Notes: a model not told the origin generated them from the letters alone. Positions 28,719-39,065 are shown, numbered from the stretch's first letter. The stretch is DNA of 64,000 nt from Vampirovibrio sp. (GCF_041737375.1 NZ_JBGSRV010000008.1:10648-74647); one strand, 5' to 3'. Numbers and translations are program-made.

Positions 28719-30323
28719 TTAAAATTTGGTGGCGGATCGATGGGTCCAAAAGGGCCACCACCGTTTGGGGTGCCATAGGGCGTTTTGTCTGCCAGCCAAG
28801 GCTAAAACGGTTTTAGCCCGGTCTTTCGTTGATTGAGCGGGCTTTCCAAAATGCCAAAGGGGCTTGCTCATAAAGGGGATGCCATACATCAAATTCTCGC
28901 TGAGGACTTGCAGGCGGCTCAAATCGGTTAAGGCGGCTGCCCCGTGGCTAACGCCGGAGCCACTGTGTTTCCAGCCGCCCCAAGGGGCGCAGGGCAGGGC
29001 GTAATTGGTGGGCCCAACATCATTAATCACCACCGTGCCGCAATGCAGCAGGCTGGCCACTTGCCGGGCCTGAGAAGGGGGGCCAAAAACGCTGGCGGTT
29101 AACCCAAAGGGGGTATCATTGGCCATGCGCACGGCCTGCTCAATGGTGTCATAAGGGATGACGGGCAATACCGGGCCGAAGCACTCTTCGTTCAAAATAC
29201 GGGCGCTGGGCGGCACTTGGGTAAATAGGGTGGGGGCGTAGAAAAAGCCGGGGCCTGGCAAGTGATGTCCTCCCTGCAGTAGCTGAGCGCCTTGCTGTAT
29301 GGCGTTTTGCACTTGCTCGTGAATTAGAGTGCGCTGGGCCTCGTTAATGAGGGGGCCTACCTGAGGGTCTGGCTGATCGGGCGAACCAACCCGCAAGCGC
29401 TGCATTTTGCTTGCCAGTAGTTTCAGGAAGGCGGCTTCATGTCGGGCAGGCACCAACAGGCGCTTGACGGCGGCACAGGTTTGGCCCGCGTTAATAAAGC
29501 GCCCCCACAGTGCATAGCTGGCCGCTTTGTCTAAATCACAGTCTTCCAGAATGATCATGGCGTCACTGCCGCCTAACTCCAGGCTGCACCACAAATCTCG
29601 TTCTGCCGCCTGTTGAGCGATTAACTGCCCGGTGCGCCGACTGCCCGTAAAAATAACCCCGTCAATCGGCTGGGCCAGTAACTGAGCGCCGGTGGCGCCA
29701 TCGCCTATCACTATTTGAGCGATTTCCGGGTCAAGGCCCGAGGCGCTCAGGGCGTCTCGAACCACTGCAATCAGGGCTTTTCCACACTCAGGGGTGAGTT
29801 CGCTGGGCTTTAAAACAACGCTGTTTCCGGCCATCAGGGCGGCGGCAATACCGCTGCAGGCAATGGCTACCGGAAAATTCCAGGGGGCGATAATGGCGAT
29901 GACTCCTCGCGGATGCCAGGTTTGATGGTGCAGTCGTGCGGTGACCAGTGAGAGGAGATCGGGTTGAATTAAGCTGGGCCGCAAGCGTTGAGGGCCAATT
30001 TCGGCATAGTAGCTCAGTACATTCAGGGCGGTTGCGATATCGGCTTCCAGAGAATCTCCGAGGGGTTTGCCCGTTTCCCGGCTAATTATTTCGGCCAGCT
30101 TATGGGCCTGTTGATACAGCCGGTTGCGCATGGCTTTTAAGCCATGGGCCCGTTTTTTAAGGGATATTTTCTGCCACTGGCCTTGCGCCAGCCGAGCCCG
30201 AAGCACGGCGGCCTCCACTTCGGCTTCCGAGGCCACGGGATAGTCGGCGATTAGTTGGCCTGTGGCGGGATTCAATTTACGGATATGACGGTCGGCAAGG
30301 GTTGGCATTAGCGGAATTCCCAT
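28719..30323 (-). CDS. Aldehyde dehydrogenase family protein with a roughly 50-aa C-terminal extension.
   Basis: ALDH fold with the catalytic Glu/Cys region ELGG...GQTCAA. GGAAGA ribosome-binding site before ATG 30323. Confidence 0.8.
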   Translation of the reverse strand: MGIPLMPTLADRHIRKLNPATGQLIADYPVASEAEVEAAVLRARLAQGQWQKISLKKRAHGLKAMRNRLYQQAHKLAEIISRETGKPLGDSLEADIATALNVLSYYAEIGPQRLRPSLIQPDLLSLVTARLHHQTWHPRGVIAIIAPWNFPVAIACSGIAAALMAGNSVVLKPSELTPECGKALIAVVRDALSASGLDPEIAQIVIGDGATGAQLLAQPIDGVIFTGSRRTGQLIAQQAAERDLWCSLELGGSDAMIILEDCDLDKAASYALWGRFINAGQTCAAVKRLLVPARHEAAFLKLLASKMQRLRVGSPDQPDPQVGPLINEAQRTLIHEQVQNAIQQGAQLLQGGHHLPGPGFFYAPTLFTQVPPSARILNEECFGPVLPVIPYDTIEQAVRMANDTPFGLTASVFGPPSQARQVASLLHCGTVVINDVGPTNYALPCAPWGGWKHSGSGVSHGAAALTDLSRLQVLSENLMYGIPFMSKPLWHFGKPAQSTKDRAKTVLALAGRQNALWHPKRWWPFWTHRSATKF

Positions 30324-30495
30324 TCATTGATTTCTTCCTATTATAACGATGAGGATCTTGAGTTGCTTTGGGAACGAAAGTCTTTACCCTGATCAATAAC
30401 ACACCGCAGTTGGGTTCAAAAAATTTCAATTGAAGTTTAGGGATTTCTGGTCGAAGGAGTGGATATCCCGATATTTCTGAACGTGGAGGATAGCC

Positions 30496-30903
30496 ATGAG
30501 TTTTGGCAAGGCCGTTAAAATATTTCAACTTCAAATCCTGAAACAGTCCGGTGTGAACGTAACGCCGCAGCAGTTAGGCCTTAAATCCGACCCCATTGCG
30601 GACTTGCAGGCGCAAAACCTGGCCGGTGGTTCTTTTAGAAATGTGCTGGGTGGCTTAACCCCGCCCACGCCTCCCACCCCACCCGCTGATTTGACGGACA
30701 GCGCCGCGCAAACCCAGTATCAACAGGATTTGCTGGCTTATAACAATAATTTTCAAAGCTACAATCAACGCATGATGCAGTTGATGTTGCAGCAATTCCA
30801 GACCATGCAGCAATCTTTAGTAGCCATGCAAAGAAACAATACCAATAACTCATCCACCACGGATAATAGTGATACGGGTGCTGTGGGCGGGATATTGGGT
30901 TAG
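30496..30903 (+). CDS. Hypothetical Q/N-rich protein.
   Basis: Strong GGAGGA ribosome-binding site 6 nt upstream. PPTPPTPP linker, then a Q-rich helix, QQDLLAYNNNFQSYNQRMMQLMLQQFQTMQQ. Confidence 0.5.
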   Translation: MSFGKAVKIFQLQILKQSGVNVTPQQLGLKSDPIADLQAQNLAGGSFRNVLGGLTPPTPPTPPADLTDSAAQTQYQQDLLAYNNNFQSYNQRMMQLMLQQFQTMQQSLVAMQRNNTNNSSTTDNSDTGAVGGILG

Positions 30904-31038
30904 GCCCTGAGGCGTGTTGATTGCAATGGCAATGCATGATTTGAGCTGAGCAGTTGATATGGGAGCAAGGGTGGCATATCCCTTGTAAGGTGAGCTTTTG
31001 TTTTTGGGTATGGGCGTGTGAATTGAAAATACGGAGTA

Positions 31039-31623
31039 ATGAGGACAATGACTGTTAAAAAATGGAGCGCAGGATTGATGGCGCCAGTTAAATTTTTGGC
31101 TCTGGTTGTTTCGCTGGGTGTTTGGGTGGGCGGTTCTACGGCCTGCGCTTTTGCGTTGGAAAGTTTGCCCAACGTCGATCCTGCTGCTGCTTCAACCCCT
31201 TCAAATTTTTCCCGTGAGTTTTCCCCTCCTTCTCTGGCCGGATTGCGTTCCTTTGATGTCTTCGGGTTGGAGAAAGCCAGTTTTTCGGCTTTCCGGGAGA
31301 ACGTGCCACCCGAAATTACGGAATACGCTCGGGCTGCCTTGCAGGCCGATACCCGGTTTGAGTACAGTTCTCCGGGCCAGGGCGTTTTAAAATTTGAATG
31401 CGTTGATTTCAAGTGTAACCGGATTCGGGCCGAAGTGACCCATGGGGTTGATGGTCCGGTGCTTTGGCAAACCGCTAGGGTGTATCGGCATTGCCCTTTG
31501 ATTCGGTTCAGCTTTCAGCCAGACAGCAAGAAATTTGCTTATCGCATGGTCGAGCAATTGGGTCGTGATTATCAAAACGCTTTAAAAGCCAGTCGGGTCA
31601 AAATTGAAATTGAAAATCAGTAA
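31039..31623 (+). CDS. Hypothetical secreted protein.
   Basis: Signal peptide KFLALVVSLGVWVGGSTACAFA, then a soluble domain with four Cys. Confidence 0.5.
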   Translation: MRTMTVKKWSAGLMAPVKFLALVVSLGVWVGGSTACAFALESLPNVDPAAASTPSNFSREFSPPSLAGLRSFDVFGLEKASFSAFRENVPPEITEYARAALQADTRFEYSSPGQGVLKFECVDFKCNRIRAEVTHGVDGPVLWQTARVYRHCPLIRFSFQPDSKKFAYRMVEQLGRDYQNALKASRVKIEIENQ

Positions 31624-31887
31624 GTTTGTCATTAACAGACTGAAGCCGTGTCGGGCCACCCTTGCAAAGTCGGGGTGGCCCCTCATTTTAGTTAGAAAAT
31701 TCAGTGCCGCTTCTGAAAACTCAAATCGGTTAAGTAGGGCATTTTGAGCGTTTAAAACTCCGGTATAATAAAGGTAAAATGTATCTCTCAGCCATGCTGG
31801 CTTCAAATCAGTATGGATGCTGGATAAACGGTTTTAGAAACGCCCGTTTGATAATGCCTGAAGCAGGAAGAGAGTTTGTAGTTTTTC

Positions 31888-32355
31888 ATGAAGCCCAGCG
31901 TTCCCAACTATTTGGCCCCCTTTGGTATTAATTTGGTTGAAACGGTTTTGGTCATCGCCGTGATTGCGGTGTTATCCATTTTTGCCATGGTTTCGTTTGG
32001 CGGCTCAAACGAAGAGCGGGATGCCGAGATGGTGATCACCGCTCAGGCCACCTTGCAATCGGTGGTGACTCAGGGGGCTACCCGGCTGGATATGAAGCCT
32101 GCGGAGTTCAAAGACGATCATTATGAGATGGTGTTGACCGCCGCACGGGCCAGTATTGGCCAAAAATACAGTCACAAGGGCGATGCGCGGTTGATTCGGA
32201 ATGATTCCCGGTTTTTGCTCAACATTCCTTCCACCGGTCGCTCGGCTGAATTTCAGGTGGACCCCAATGGGACAGTGCGATTGGTGAGCATCGGTAAATT
32301 TTCGCCCGATAAATACAAAATTGACCCGGCCACTGGCATTTTATATAAGCCTTGA
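31888..32355 (+). CDS. Protein with a prepilin-type N-terminal cleavage/methylation-like leader (type IV pilin / pseudopilin-like).
   Basis: LAPFG|INLVETVLVIAVIAVLSIFAM has Gly, then Glu at +5, then a hydrophobic helix, as in the G-FTLIE class. Confidence 0.5.
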   Translation: MKPSVPNYLAPFGINLVETVLVIAVIAVLSIFAMVSFGGSNEERDAEMVITAQATLQSVVTQGATRLDMKPAEFKDDHYEMVLTAARASIGQKYSHKGDARLIRNDSRFLLNIPSTGRSAEFQVDPNGTVRLVSIGKFSPDKYKIDPATGILYKP

Positions 32356-32535
32356 GCTTTCCGGGCTGAAGTGTTTCAGCAGGTCAAAAAGCCTGTTTGG
32401 CGCTATTTTTTTGAGCGTAGCGCTACGATTCATTGTTGAGCCCAAGTTAAGCCCAGGTTGAGCTCAAGAAAACGGCCCTTGAAAGCGGATGTAATATACA
32501 ATAAAGATAGAGTCAGCAGATAGAGACGAGCGTTG

Positions 32536-33210
32536 ATGAAAACACGGGTTTTAATCGTGGAAGATCACCAGATGACCTTGGTGGGTCTGAAAATGCTATT
32601 AGAAAAAAACGAAGGCATTGAGGTGGTGGGGGAAGCGGGCAATGGACTGGAAGCCGTTTCCAAGGCCGATACCGTGCAGCCGGATGTGATTCTGATGGAT
32701 ATTGGGCTTCCTGAAATGGATGGCGTAGAGGCCACTCAGCGTATTAAAAAAGCGCACCCCGGCACCCGAATTATCATGCTGACCTCCAAGGATAATGAGC
32801 AAGATGTGTTTGCGGCCCTTTCCGCCGGGGCGGATGCTTACTGCATGAAAGGGATTTCGATCGATGCCCTGACCGCGGCCATTGAAGCGGTTAAAGAAGG
32901 GACTGCCTGGTTAGATCCCGCTGTAGCCCGCATGGTGTTGGGCCGTTTTCAGGGTGGTCCACCCGGATTGCCCTCGGGTAATGCGTCCACCGCTTCCGAT
33001 TCTTCGACCGCCTCGGATTGCCCTTTGACGGCTCGTGAAATGGAAGTGCTGCGGCTGATTGTGGACGGTCTGTCCAACCCGGAAATCGCTGAAGCCTTAA
33101 CCATCACCAAGGCCACTGCCAAGGCGCATGTCCATAGTATTTTGCAAAAATTGTGCGTGGATGATCGAACTCAAGCCGCTGTGTTGGCCATGCGTCAAGG
33201 TTATGTTTAA
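32536..33210 (+). CDS. Response regulator of the NarL/FixJ (LuxR-type HTH) family. It is an orphan, with no kinase gene nearby.
   Basis: REC domain VLIVEDHQM...DVILMDIGLPEMDG...LTSKD, and a C-terminal LuxR HTH LTAREMEVLRLIVDGLSNPEIAEAL. Confidence 0.85.
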   Translation: MKTRVLIVEDHQMTLVGLKMLLEKNEGIEVVGEAGNGLEAVSKADTVQPDVILMDIGLPEMDGVEATQRIKKAHPGTRIIMLTSKDNEQDVFAALSAGADAYCMKGISIDALTAAIEAVKEGTAWLDPAVARMVLGRFQGGPPGLPSGNASTASDSSTASDCPLTAREMEVLRLIVDGLSNPEIAEALTITKATAKAHVHSILQKLCVDDRTQAAVLAMRQGYV

Positions 33211-33811
33211 TCTGGCTGACTGCCCCTGATAAGCCAGCTCAAAGTTGCTATAAGCTTTGGTGCTTGAGCATGGGTGTTTGACCTGAAAATTACCAAACCG
33301 GGGAATAGGCGAGCCTGAGGCATCGTTTTACACTGGAATTCGCACCCAGACCGGGTTGCTAAAATTCTGGACTGAATCATCGGTTGGTTAATTTATCGTG
33401 CCTAAAGGGCTGTTTATGCTCCCAAAGAGCGGGGAAGATTCATGCGTTCACGTTCAAGAACCGCAAGAAGTTTGCGTCGCAGGAGTCTGGCCGGGTATTA
33501 CCTGCCAGACTCTGTGGATTGGAAGCGTTTGGTGGATAAATTGTCCATGCACCTTTGCTCGGCAAGCGAGTGGCAGGCTTATGACAAACAGCGACGCGAA
33601 CAGGCTCGTCAGGCTCAGCAAAAGCCGTTAAAAGGGGCCACCATTTATGTTTTCCCAATCTGGTGCAAGTACAGGCAGCAGGCCCGAAAAATAGCTTGTT
33701 TACAAAGTTTTGCGCCTGTATTGCGTTATTTGCCGCTACCGGTTTCCAGTTTTTTAGGGCGCATGTTTTTTTGAGCCATTTTGAAAAAAAACGCAGTGCT
33801 GGCCTGGGTTT

Positions 33812-34816
33812 TCAGGTGCTTTCCGACAGCCAGCGTGCGGCATCCATGGCGTGGTAGGAAATAATCAAATCGGCCCCGGCTCGTTTAATGCCGGTTAACA
33901 GCTCCAGCACAGTGGCACGTTCATCGAGCCAGCCGTTGGCGGCAGCCGCTTTAACCATGCTGTATTCCCCGGACACATTGTAGGCCGCCACGGGCAGGTT
34001 GGTCATTTTTCGAACCTGACAAATAATATCCAGATAAGGCAGCGCGGGTTTGACCATGACAATGTCGGCGCCTTCCTGAATGTCTAAAGCCACCTCTTCC
34101 AGGGCTTCTCTAGCGTTTCGGGGGTCCATTTGGTAGCCCTTGCGATCGCCGGTAGCGGGGGTGGATTCGGCGGCATCCCGGAAAGGCCCGTATAAAGCGC
34201 TGGCATACTTGGCGGAATAGGCCATAATGGGCGTATCGTCATAGCCCGCGTCATCTAAAGAATCTCTGATGTACCCAACCCGGCCATCCATCATGTCTGA
34301 GGGGGCAATGATATCCGCTCCGGCTTCCGCCTGGGCCACGGCGGCGCGGGCTAACAGTTCTAAAGAAGGGTCATTCAGTACCCGACCATCCAGCAATACG
34401 CCACAATGCCCGTGACTGGTGTATTCACAGAGGCAGGTGTCGGCAATTACAATCAGGTCCTTGCCAAATTGTCGCTTGAGCTCACGAATGCCCCGTTGGG
34501 CCACGCCTTGCTCAAACCATGCCCCGGAGCCTTCCTGATCTTTTTCGGCTGGAACGCCAAAAACCAGTACGGATCGAATGCCTGCTTCCAGTGCTTTTCC
34601 GGCTTCAATCACCGCGTTATCCACGGAATTTTGAAAGACACCGGGCATAGAGTTAACCGGAATCCGGCTATGTCGCTCGTCATTGATAAACAGGGGGTAG
34701 ATAAAATCTTGCGGGCGCAGGTGGGTTTCCGCTACCGCTTCACGGAGGAGGTTGGTTTTGCGAAGTCTTCTCTTTCGGATGATCGGAAAATTCATTCGGG
34801 TGGGGGGTTCCATCAT
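33812..34816 (-). CDS. hemB: Porphobilinogen synthase (delta-aminolevulinic acid dehydratase).
   Basis: [18 protein letters not shown]..., the active-site region [15 protein letters not shown], and a C-terminal SYHA. The true start may be the [12 protein letters not shown] internal ATG at 34795. Confidence 0.9.
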   Translation of the reverse strand: MMEPPTRMNFPIIRKRRLRKTNLLREAVAETHLRPQDFIYPLFINDERHSRIPVNSMPGVFQNSVDNAVIEAGKALEAGIRSVLVFGVPAEKDQEGSGAWFEQGVAQRGIRELKRQFGKDLIVIADTCLCEYTSHGHCGVLLDGRVLNDPSLELLARAAVAQAEAGADIIAPSDMMDGRVGYIRDSLDDAGYDDTPIMAYSAKYASALYGPFRDAAESTPATGDRKGYQMDPRNAREALEEVALDIQEGADIVMVKPALPYLDIICQVRKMTNLPVAAYNVSGEYSMVKAAAANGWLDERATVLELLTGIKRAGADLIISYHAMDAARWLSEST

Positions 34817-35088
34817 TGCGTAGGAATGGGTAAATTAAAGGGTAGAGGGTATAGAAATCTTAACAGAATATTTCTTTTAGACCACTATCACTCTGCAGAA
34901 ACAGCCGCTATAATCATAAATAGAACCACTTAAGAAATGAATGGTTTTCCTTTGTTTTTCGGTGAGTGTTTTTTAATCCATTTGATTGTTCATTTTTAAT
35001 GCCATTGTTCGATCCGGAAATTCGCGCTAATGTCCATTGTACGGGCCATCATCACCTCCATTCATCTTTAAAACAATATTAGCTGGCA

Positions 35089-35361
35089 ATGCTATCCATC
35101 ACATTTTTAATAAAGAAAGGCTTGGCTAGGCACATGAAGTCTTTGAAAGACTACGGCAATCATTTTTTAGACGGAATTCTGGATCTGAAAATTTCGCCAT
35201 TAGAGATTACCCTTATTGCCGCCCTTGCCTTGATGTGCCTGATGAGCGCCATTGATTACAACCGGGAAGGCGAGATGCAGGGTCTACAGCAATTGCATGT
35301 GGCCAGACAACAAGCCCAGCAGGAATTGATGGCTTTGCGCTCACCCATTCAGCCCAACTAG
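35089..35361 (+). CDS. Small hypothetical protein with one TM helix.
   Basis: 90-aa ORF; PLEITLIAALALMCLMSAI is a predicted helix. No support beyond the ORF. Confidence 0.3.
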   Translation: MLSITFLIKKGLARHMKSLKDYGNHFLDGILDLKISPLEITLIAALALMCLMSAIDYNREGEMQGLQQLHVARQQAQQELMALRSPIQPN

Positions 35362-35424
35362 CCTGAACCGTACGCTTCAGGCTATAATAGCCTCTGTTGT
35401 GAAGCAGGAAGCAGGATTGAAATC

Positions 35425-36276
35425 GTGCTTGAGGCCGGTCGTTTATTAGAGTCTTGCCGGTTTGCTATGCAATCGGGTGGCAATCAGCTGGGGTTTGCGC
35501 TGCGTAATTTCTTAAACTGGCAGCCTTTGCCCTTTGTAGAGGTGGCGGGCTCCTCTCTGGAGTTGACCTTGAGGCATCCAGAGTCCTTATCCAAAGCCCG
35601 TGGACTGTTGGGGGAATACGATTTGTCTTCTTTCCAGCAGCGGGCCAGCAGCCAAAGGGTGCTGGAGGCCCTGACCTATCTGGAATGGCTGGATGCTTTT
35701 TATCAGGCCCTGCCACAGGCGTTTAGGGGCTTGAGTCAATCAGGCTGCCTGAATTGGCTGGATGTGGGGGCTAAGAACTGGGCTTATGTGGATGCGCTGG
35801 ATGCGTTTTCTCGCAAGCAATTTCAGGGCGCTTATCGTTTGGATGGTGTGGAACTGGATGCCCACAGGCGCTATCAGGATTTCACCACCCGCAGTCAGGC
35901 TGCCAACGCGTATATACAGCCCTTGCCCCATGCTCAGTATCACGAGATGGATGTTTTGCATTGGCGGCGCACGGCGCATATCGTCAGTCATTTTTTGCCA
36001 TTTGTATTGAAGAATCCGCATTTGGCCTGGGGGCTTCCTTTGCATTATTTTCAGCCTCACCTGTTATTGCTGCATGTGTTGGGGTTACTGGAACCCGGTG
36101 GGGTTTTGCTGGTGGTCAATCAGGGGGAATGGGAGGCGGAAGCCCAGCAACGTCTCTGGGAGCAAGCGGCTGAGCATTATGCGCTGGAAATTTACCCTTT
36201 GGGCGTTTTGCCCACCTCGTTTGTGACTTATCGTTATCCCCGTTACGGTTGGATTTGTGTGAAGCAGGAGTTCTAA
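35425..36276 (+). CDS. Hypothetical protein, possibly a class I SAM-methyltransferase-like fold. Immediately upstream of rdgB.
   Basis: NWLDVGAKNWAYVDAL resembles MTase motif I, and LLVVNQGEWEA resembles a post-II motif. The resemblance is weak. The stop lies 6 nt before the rdgB ATG. Confidence 0.4.
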   Translation: MLEAGRLLESCRFAMQSGGNQLGFALRNFLNWQPLPFVEVAGSSLELTLRHPESLSKARGLLGEYDLSSFQQRASSQRVLEALTYLEWLDAFYQALPQAFRGLSQSGCLNWLDVGAKNWAYVDALDAFSRKQFQGAYRLDGVELDAHRRYQDFTTRSQAANAYIQPLPHAQYHEMDVLHWRRTAHIVSHFLPFVLKNPHLAWGLPLHYFQPHLLLLHVLGLLEPGGVLLVVNQGEWEAEAQQRLWEQAAEHYALEIYPLGVLPTSFVTYRYPRYGWICVKQEF

Positions 36277-36282
36277 GCCCGG

Positions 36283-36984
36283 ATGTCTGAGACAATCATT
36301 ACGCTCGCCACCCGCAATGAGGGGAAGCGTCTGGAACTGGAGCAATGGTTGAGTCTGCAAAACTCGCCCATTCGTCTGCAACTCAACCACACGGTGGGCG
36401 ATATTGAGGAGACAGGGAGCAGTTTTCTGGAGAATGCCCTCATTAAAGCGCAAAGCACCCCGCCGGTGGTGTCCGGGGGGTGGGTGCTGGCTGAGGATTC
36501 GGGCCTGGTGGTAGATGCCCTGGATGGTTTTTATGGGCTTAGCCCCTTTCCAGGCTTGCATTCCAACCGCTGGCTTACTCCCGAAATTCGGGAAACGCTT
36601 CTGGGGCAGTCGTTCCCCAATCGGGGGCCATTGGATCGGGTAACGGAAGCAGGCATCACCAATAGTGATCTGTGTTACGGGCTACTTCAGCTGATGCAAG
36701 GACAATCCAACCGGCAGGCCCGTTACTGTTGCGGCATGGTGCTGTGGCACCCGGATTCACAACAACGCATAGAATTTCTGGAAAGCGTTGAGTTATGGAT
36801 GATTGATACGGAACCCAGAGGGCTGAACGGCTTTGGCTATGACCCGATTATGGTTCCTCTTAATGCGGCAGGACGTCCGGCTAGTCAAACGGTGGCCGAG
36901 TTGAGTCCAGAATCTAAAAACTTGATGAGCCATCGAGGCAAGGCCTTTCACAAGATTTTGAGCGAATGGTTGAAAGCGTTTTAG
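36283..36984 (+). CDS. rdgB: Non-canonical purine NTP pyrophosphatase (RdgB / Ham1 family).
   Basis: IITLATRNEGKRLE at the N-terminus and MSHRGKAF at the C-terminus are Ham1 signatures. Confidence 0.75.
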   Translation: MSETIITLATRNEGKRLELEQWLSLQNSPIRLQLNHTVGDIEETGSSFLENALIKAQSTPPVVSGGWVLAEDSGLVVDALDGFYGLSPFPGLHSNRWLTPEIRETLLGQSFPNRGPLDRVTEAGITNSDLCYGLLQLMQGQSNRQARYCCGMVLWHPDSQQRIEFLESVELWMIDTEPRGLNGFGYDPIMVPLNAAGRPASQTVAELSPESKNLMSHRGKAFHKILSEWLKAF

Positions 36985-37410
36985 TTTACAAATCGTAATA
37001 ATGACACCGGGCATTGCTAGAGGATCCAATATCGCCCAATGTGGGGTGGGCTGGGCAACAGCGCCCGTTGATTTCATCGCTACAAAGCCACTGCCGGGAA
37101 AATACTTTCTTTTGGATAGTGGGCTGTAGGGATGATTATATTTTTTCTTAAATCGGGGGCAAATGGTTTGACAGCGGCTTCAGGTCTGTGGATTGGCTCT
37201 GCTGTTATTGAACTTGCTGATTTTAAAAACTTGAACATTCCCCCGGGAAGGGGCATAATATTCGTGAGCTCAGGTTCGAAATACGATTTAGGCTTTTTTA
37301 TTCGCCTTTATCCGAGGTCCGCCAAGGTTTTTTAGAATCCGGATAATTCGAATTAAAGCTTATACTTCGTTACAATCCTTTCAATCAATAGTAAAGAGGC
37401 GTTATTCCTA

Positions 37411-37746
37411 ATGGACAAAGATATTTCTTGTAAAGCTTGCGGCACTTCCTTCGTTTTCACTCAGGAAGAGCAAGATTTTTATCAATCTAAAGGTTTTTCC
37501 GAACCTGGGAAGTGCAAACCTTGCCGTGATGCAGCCAAACAAGCCCGTGGCGGCGGTGGCGGCGGCAGTCGTGGTGGTTACGGTGGTGGCGGCGGCTTCG
37601 GCGGCGGCGCTCCTCGTGAAATGTTTGACGCAGTTTGCGCCGGTTGTGGTGTGCAGACTCAGGTACCTTTTCAGCCCAACGGCTCCAAGCCTGTTTACTG
37701 CCGCGAGTGCTTCCAGGCTTCTCGCACAAACAACTACTCTTACTAA
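37411..37746 (+). CDS. Double zinc-ribbon protein with two CxxC-x(17-21)-CxxC motifs and a Gly/RGG-rich linker (paralog A).
   Basis: CKACG...CKPCR, linker ARGGGGGGSRGGYGGGGGFGGG, then CAGCG...CRECF. AAAGAGG ribosome-binding site. A near-identical paralog lies at 39085..39417. Confidence 0.75.
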   Translation: MDKDISCKACGTSFVFTQEEQDFYQSKGFSEPGKCKPCRDAAKQARGGGGGGSRGGYGGGGGFGGGAPREMFDAVCAGCGVQTQVPFQPNGSKPVYCRECFQASRTNNYSY

Positions 37747-37778
37747 ACCGTCGAAGAAAAGGTTAAAGGTGACGCCAA

Positions 37779-37973
37779 ATGGCAAAAAACAACCAGAAGA
37801 AAGAGAAAGCGCTGCGTAATCTTGAGAACGCTCGCAAATACCGTAAAAAGAGTACCGATAAGCGTCGCCGCTTTGCTGGTCCTCGTCCTGCTGCCCCTGG
37901 TACAGGCACTCAGCCTGCGGTTGCTTTTCAAACAGCGCCACAGCCTGTTTCCTCTCCAAATCCTGAAGCCTAG
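37779..37973 (+). CDS. Candidate small, highly basic protein of 64 aa.
   Basis: AAAGGTGA ribosome-binding site 6 nt before ATG. MAKNNQKKEKALRNLENARKYRKKSTDKRRRFAGPRP... is Lys/Arg-rich. It lies in the 270-bp gap between zinc-ribbon gene A and the desaturase. Confidence 0.35.
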   Translation: MAKNNQKKEKALRNLENARKYRKKSTDKRRRFAGPRPAAPGTGTQPAVAFQTAPQPVSSPNPEA

Positions 37974-38017
37974 TAACATATTCGTTTGTTTTACGTTCAA
38001 GCGTAAGGATTTTTTGA

Positions 38018-38923
38018 ATGTCCCTGCTACCTCAACGGGTTAAACAATCGCACCTTCGGGTACACATGCTGGTTGCCCTGGTTGTTGTTCATGGTTTGGC
38101 TCTGGCCGCTCCATTTACATTTACCTGGCCTGGATTTGTTTCCTTTGTGGTGATGATGTTTGCAACAGGATGTCTCGGTATTACGCTCTGCTACCATCGG
38201 TTGTTGAGTCACCGTAGCTTCAAAACCCATAAAATCGTGAAATATTTTCTGATGCTATGCGGAACGCTTTCTCTGGAAGGCGATCCCGCATGGTGGGTTG
38301 CTACACACCGATTACATCATCGGGAATCCGACCAGGAGATGGATCCGCACAGTCCTCGTGTTAGTTTTGCCTGGGCACACATGCTTTGGCTGCTGTACGA
38401 TGACGGTCGCTCCAGAGATCCGGTTTTATTGGCCCGTTTTATCCCGGATTTGGTGAATGATCCCTGGGCAAAATTTCTGGAAAAGTTCTTCCTGCCGATT
38501 AATCTGGGCTTTATCGCCTTGTTGTTCGGCCTCGGCTACTGGATGGGTGGTTTGAAAACCGCCATTTCCATGGCTGTTTGGGGCGGGTTTTTCCGAATTG
38601 CCTGGGTGTGGCATATCACTTGGTTCGTTAATTCAGTAACTCACGTTTTGGGGTACCGGAATTACGAAACCAAAGATGATAGCCGCAACATCTGGTGGGT
38701 GGCCTTACTTTCTTTCGGGGAAGGATGGCACAACAACCACCACGCCAATCCCAGTGCTGCCAAAAGTGGTCATCGCTGGTGGGAATTTGACCTGACCTAC
38801 GGTGTGATTAAAGTAATGCAATTCACCGGCTTGGCCTGGAAAATTCATCCGGTTGTGGAATCTCGAGAGCCCGGTATTGTTCAAAACCTATCAAACAAGC
38901 AGCCACAGGTTGCGGAAGTTTAA
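38018..38923 (+). CDS. Membrane acyl-CoA/acyl-lipid delta-9 fatty acid desaturase (stearoyl-CoA desaturase family).
   Basis: Three His boxes, HRLLSHRS, HRLHHRESD and GEGWHNNHHANP, and four TM segments. Confidence 0.85.
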   Translation: MSLLPQRVKQSHLRVHMLVALVVVHGLALAAPFTFTWPGFVSFVVMMFATGCLGITLCYHRLLSHRSFKTHKIVKYFLMLCGTLSLEGDPAWWVATHRLHHRESDQEMDPHSPRVSFAWAHMLWLLYDDGRSRDPVLLARFIPDLVNDPWAKFLEKFFLPINLGFIALLFGLGYWMGGLKTAISMAVWGGFFRIAWVWHITWFVNSVTHVLGYRNYETKDDSRNIWWVALLSFGEGWHNNHHANPSAAKSGHRWWEFDLTYGVIKVMQFTGLAWKIHPVVESREPGIVQNLSNKQPQVAEV

Positions 38924-39030
38924 TCAGGTAACGAGCGCTACTGCTGGAAATCCATAAAGCTTTTACCCCTTGTTTCCTTCGGGAAGCAGGGGGTATTTCT
39001 TATTGGCTGTGCAATGTTTAAAAATCAATA

Positions 39031-39065
39031 AAAAAGAGACGAAGATCGCGCTTCGTCTCTTTTTG
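39031..39065. terminator. Bidirectional Rho-independent terminator shared by the desaturase (+) and zinc-ribbon paralog B (-).
   Basis: aaaaaGAGACGAAGatcgcgCTTCGTCTCtttttg is a perfect 9-bp stem flanked by A and T runs. Confidence 0.8.

Noticed and set aside
33398-33774. Overlapping small ORFs (72-110 aa) in the 600-bp gap between the LuxR regulator and hemB.
   Set aside because: There are competing frames on both strands, no convincing ribosome-binding site and Arg-rich low-complexity translations. A genuine small gene or regulatory RNA cannot be excluded, but I have no support for one.
37261-37290. caGGTTCGAAatacg, which resembles a tRNA T-loop.
   Set aside because: No acceptor stem, D-arm or anticodon arm can be built around it. 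It deviates from GGTTCGAATCC. No tRNA gene is called in this window.
37526-37819. ORF (97 aa, '+') and its mirror at 39018..39299 ('-'), both encoding Ala/Val-rich peptides (AAVAAAVVVVTV...).
   Set aside because: These are out-of-frame readings of the GGC/GGT-rich Gly linker of the two zinc-ribbon genes. They have no ribosome-binding site and sit fully inside better-supported CDS.
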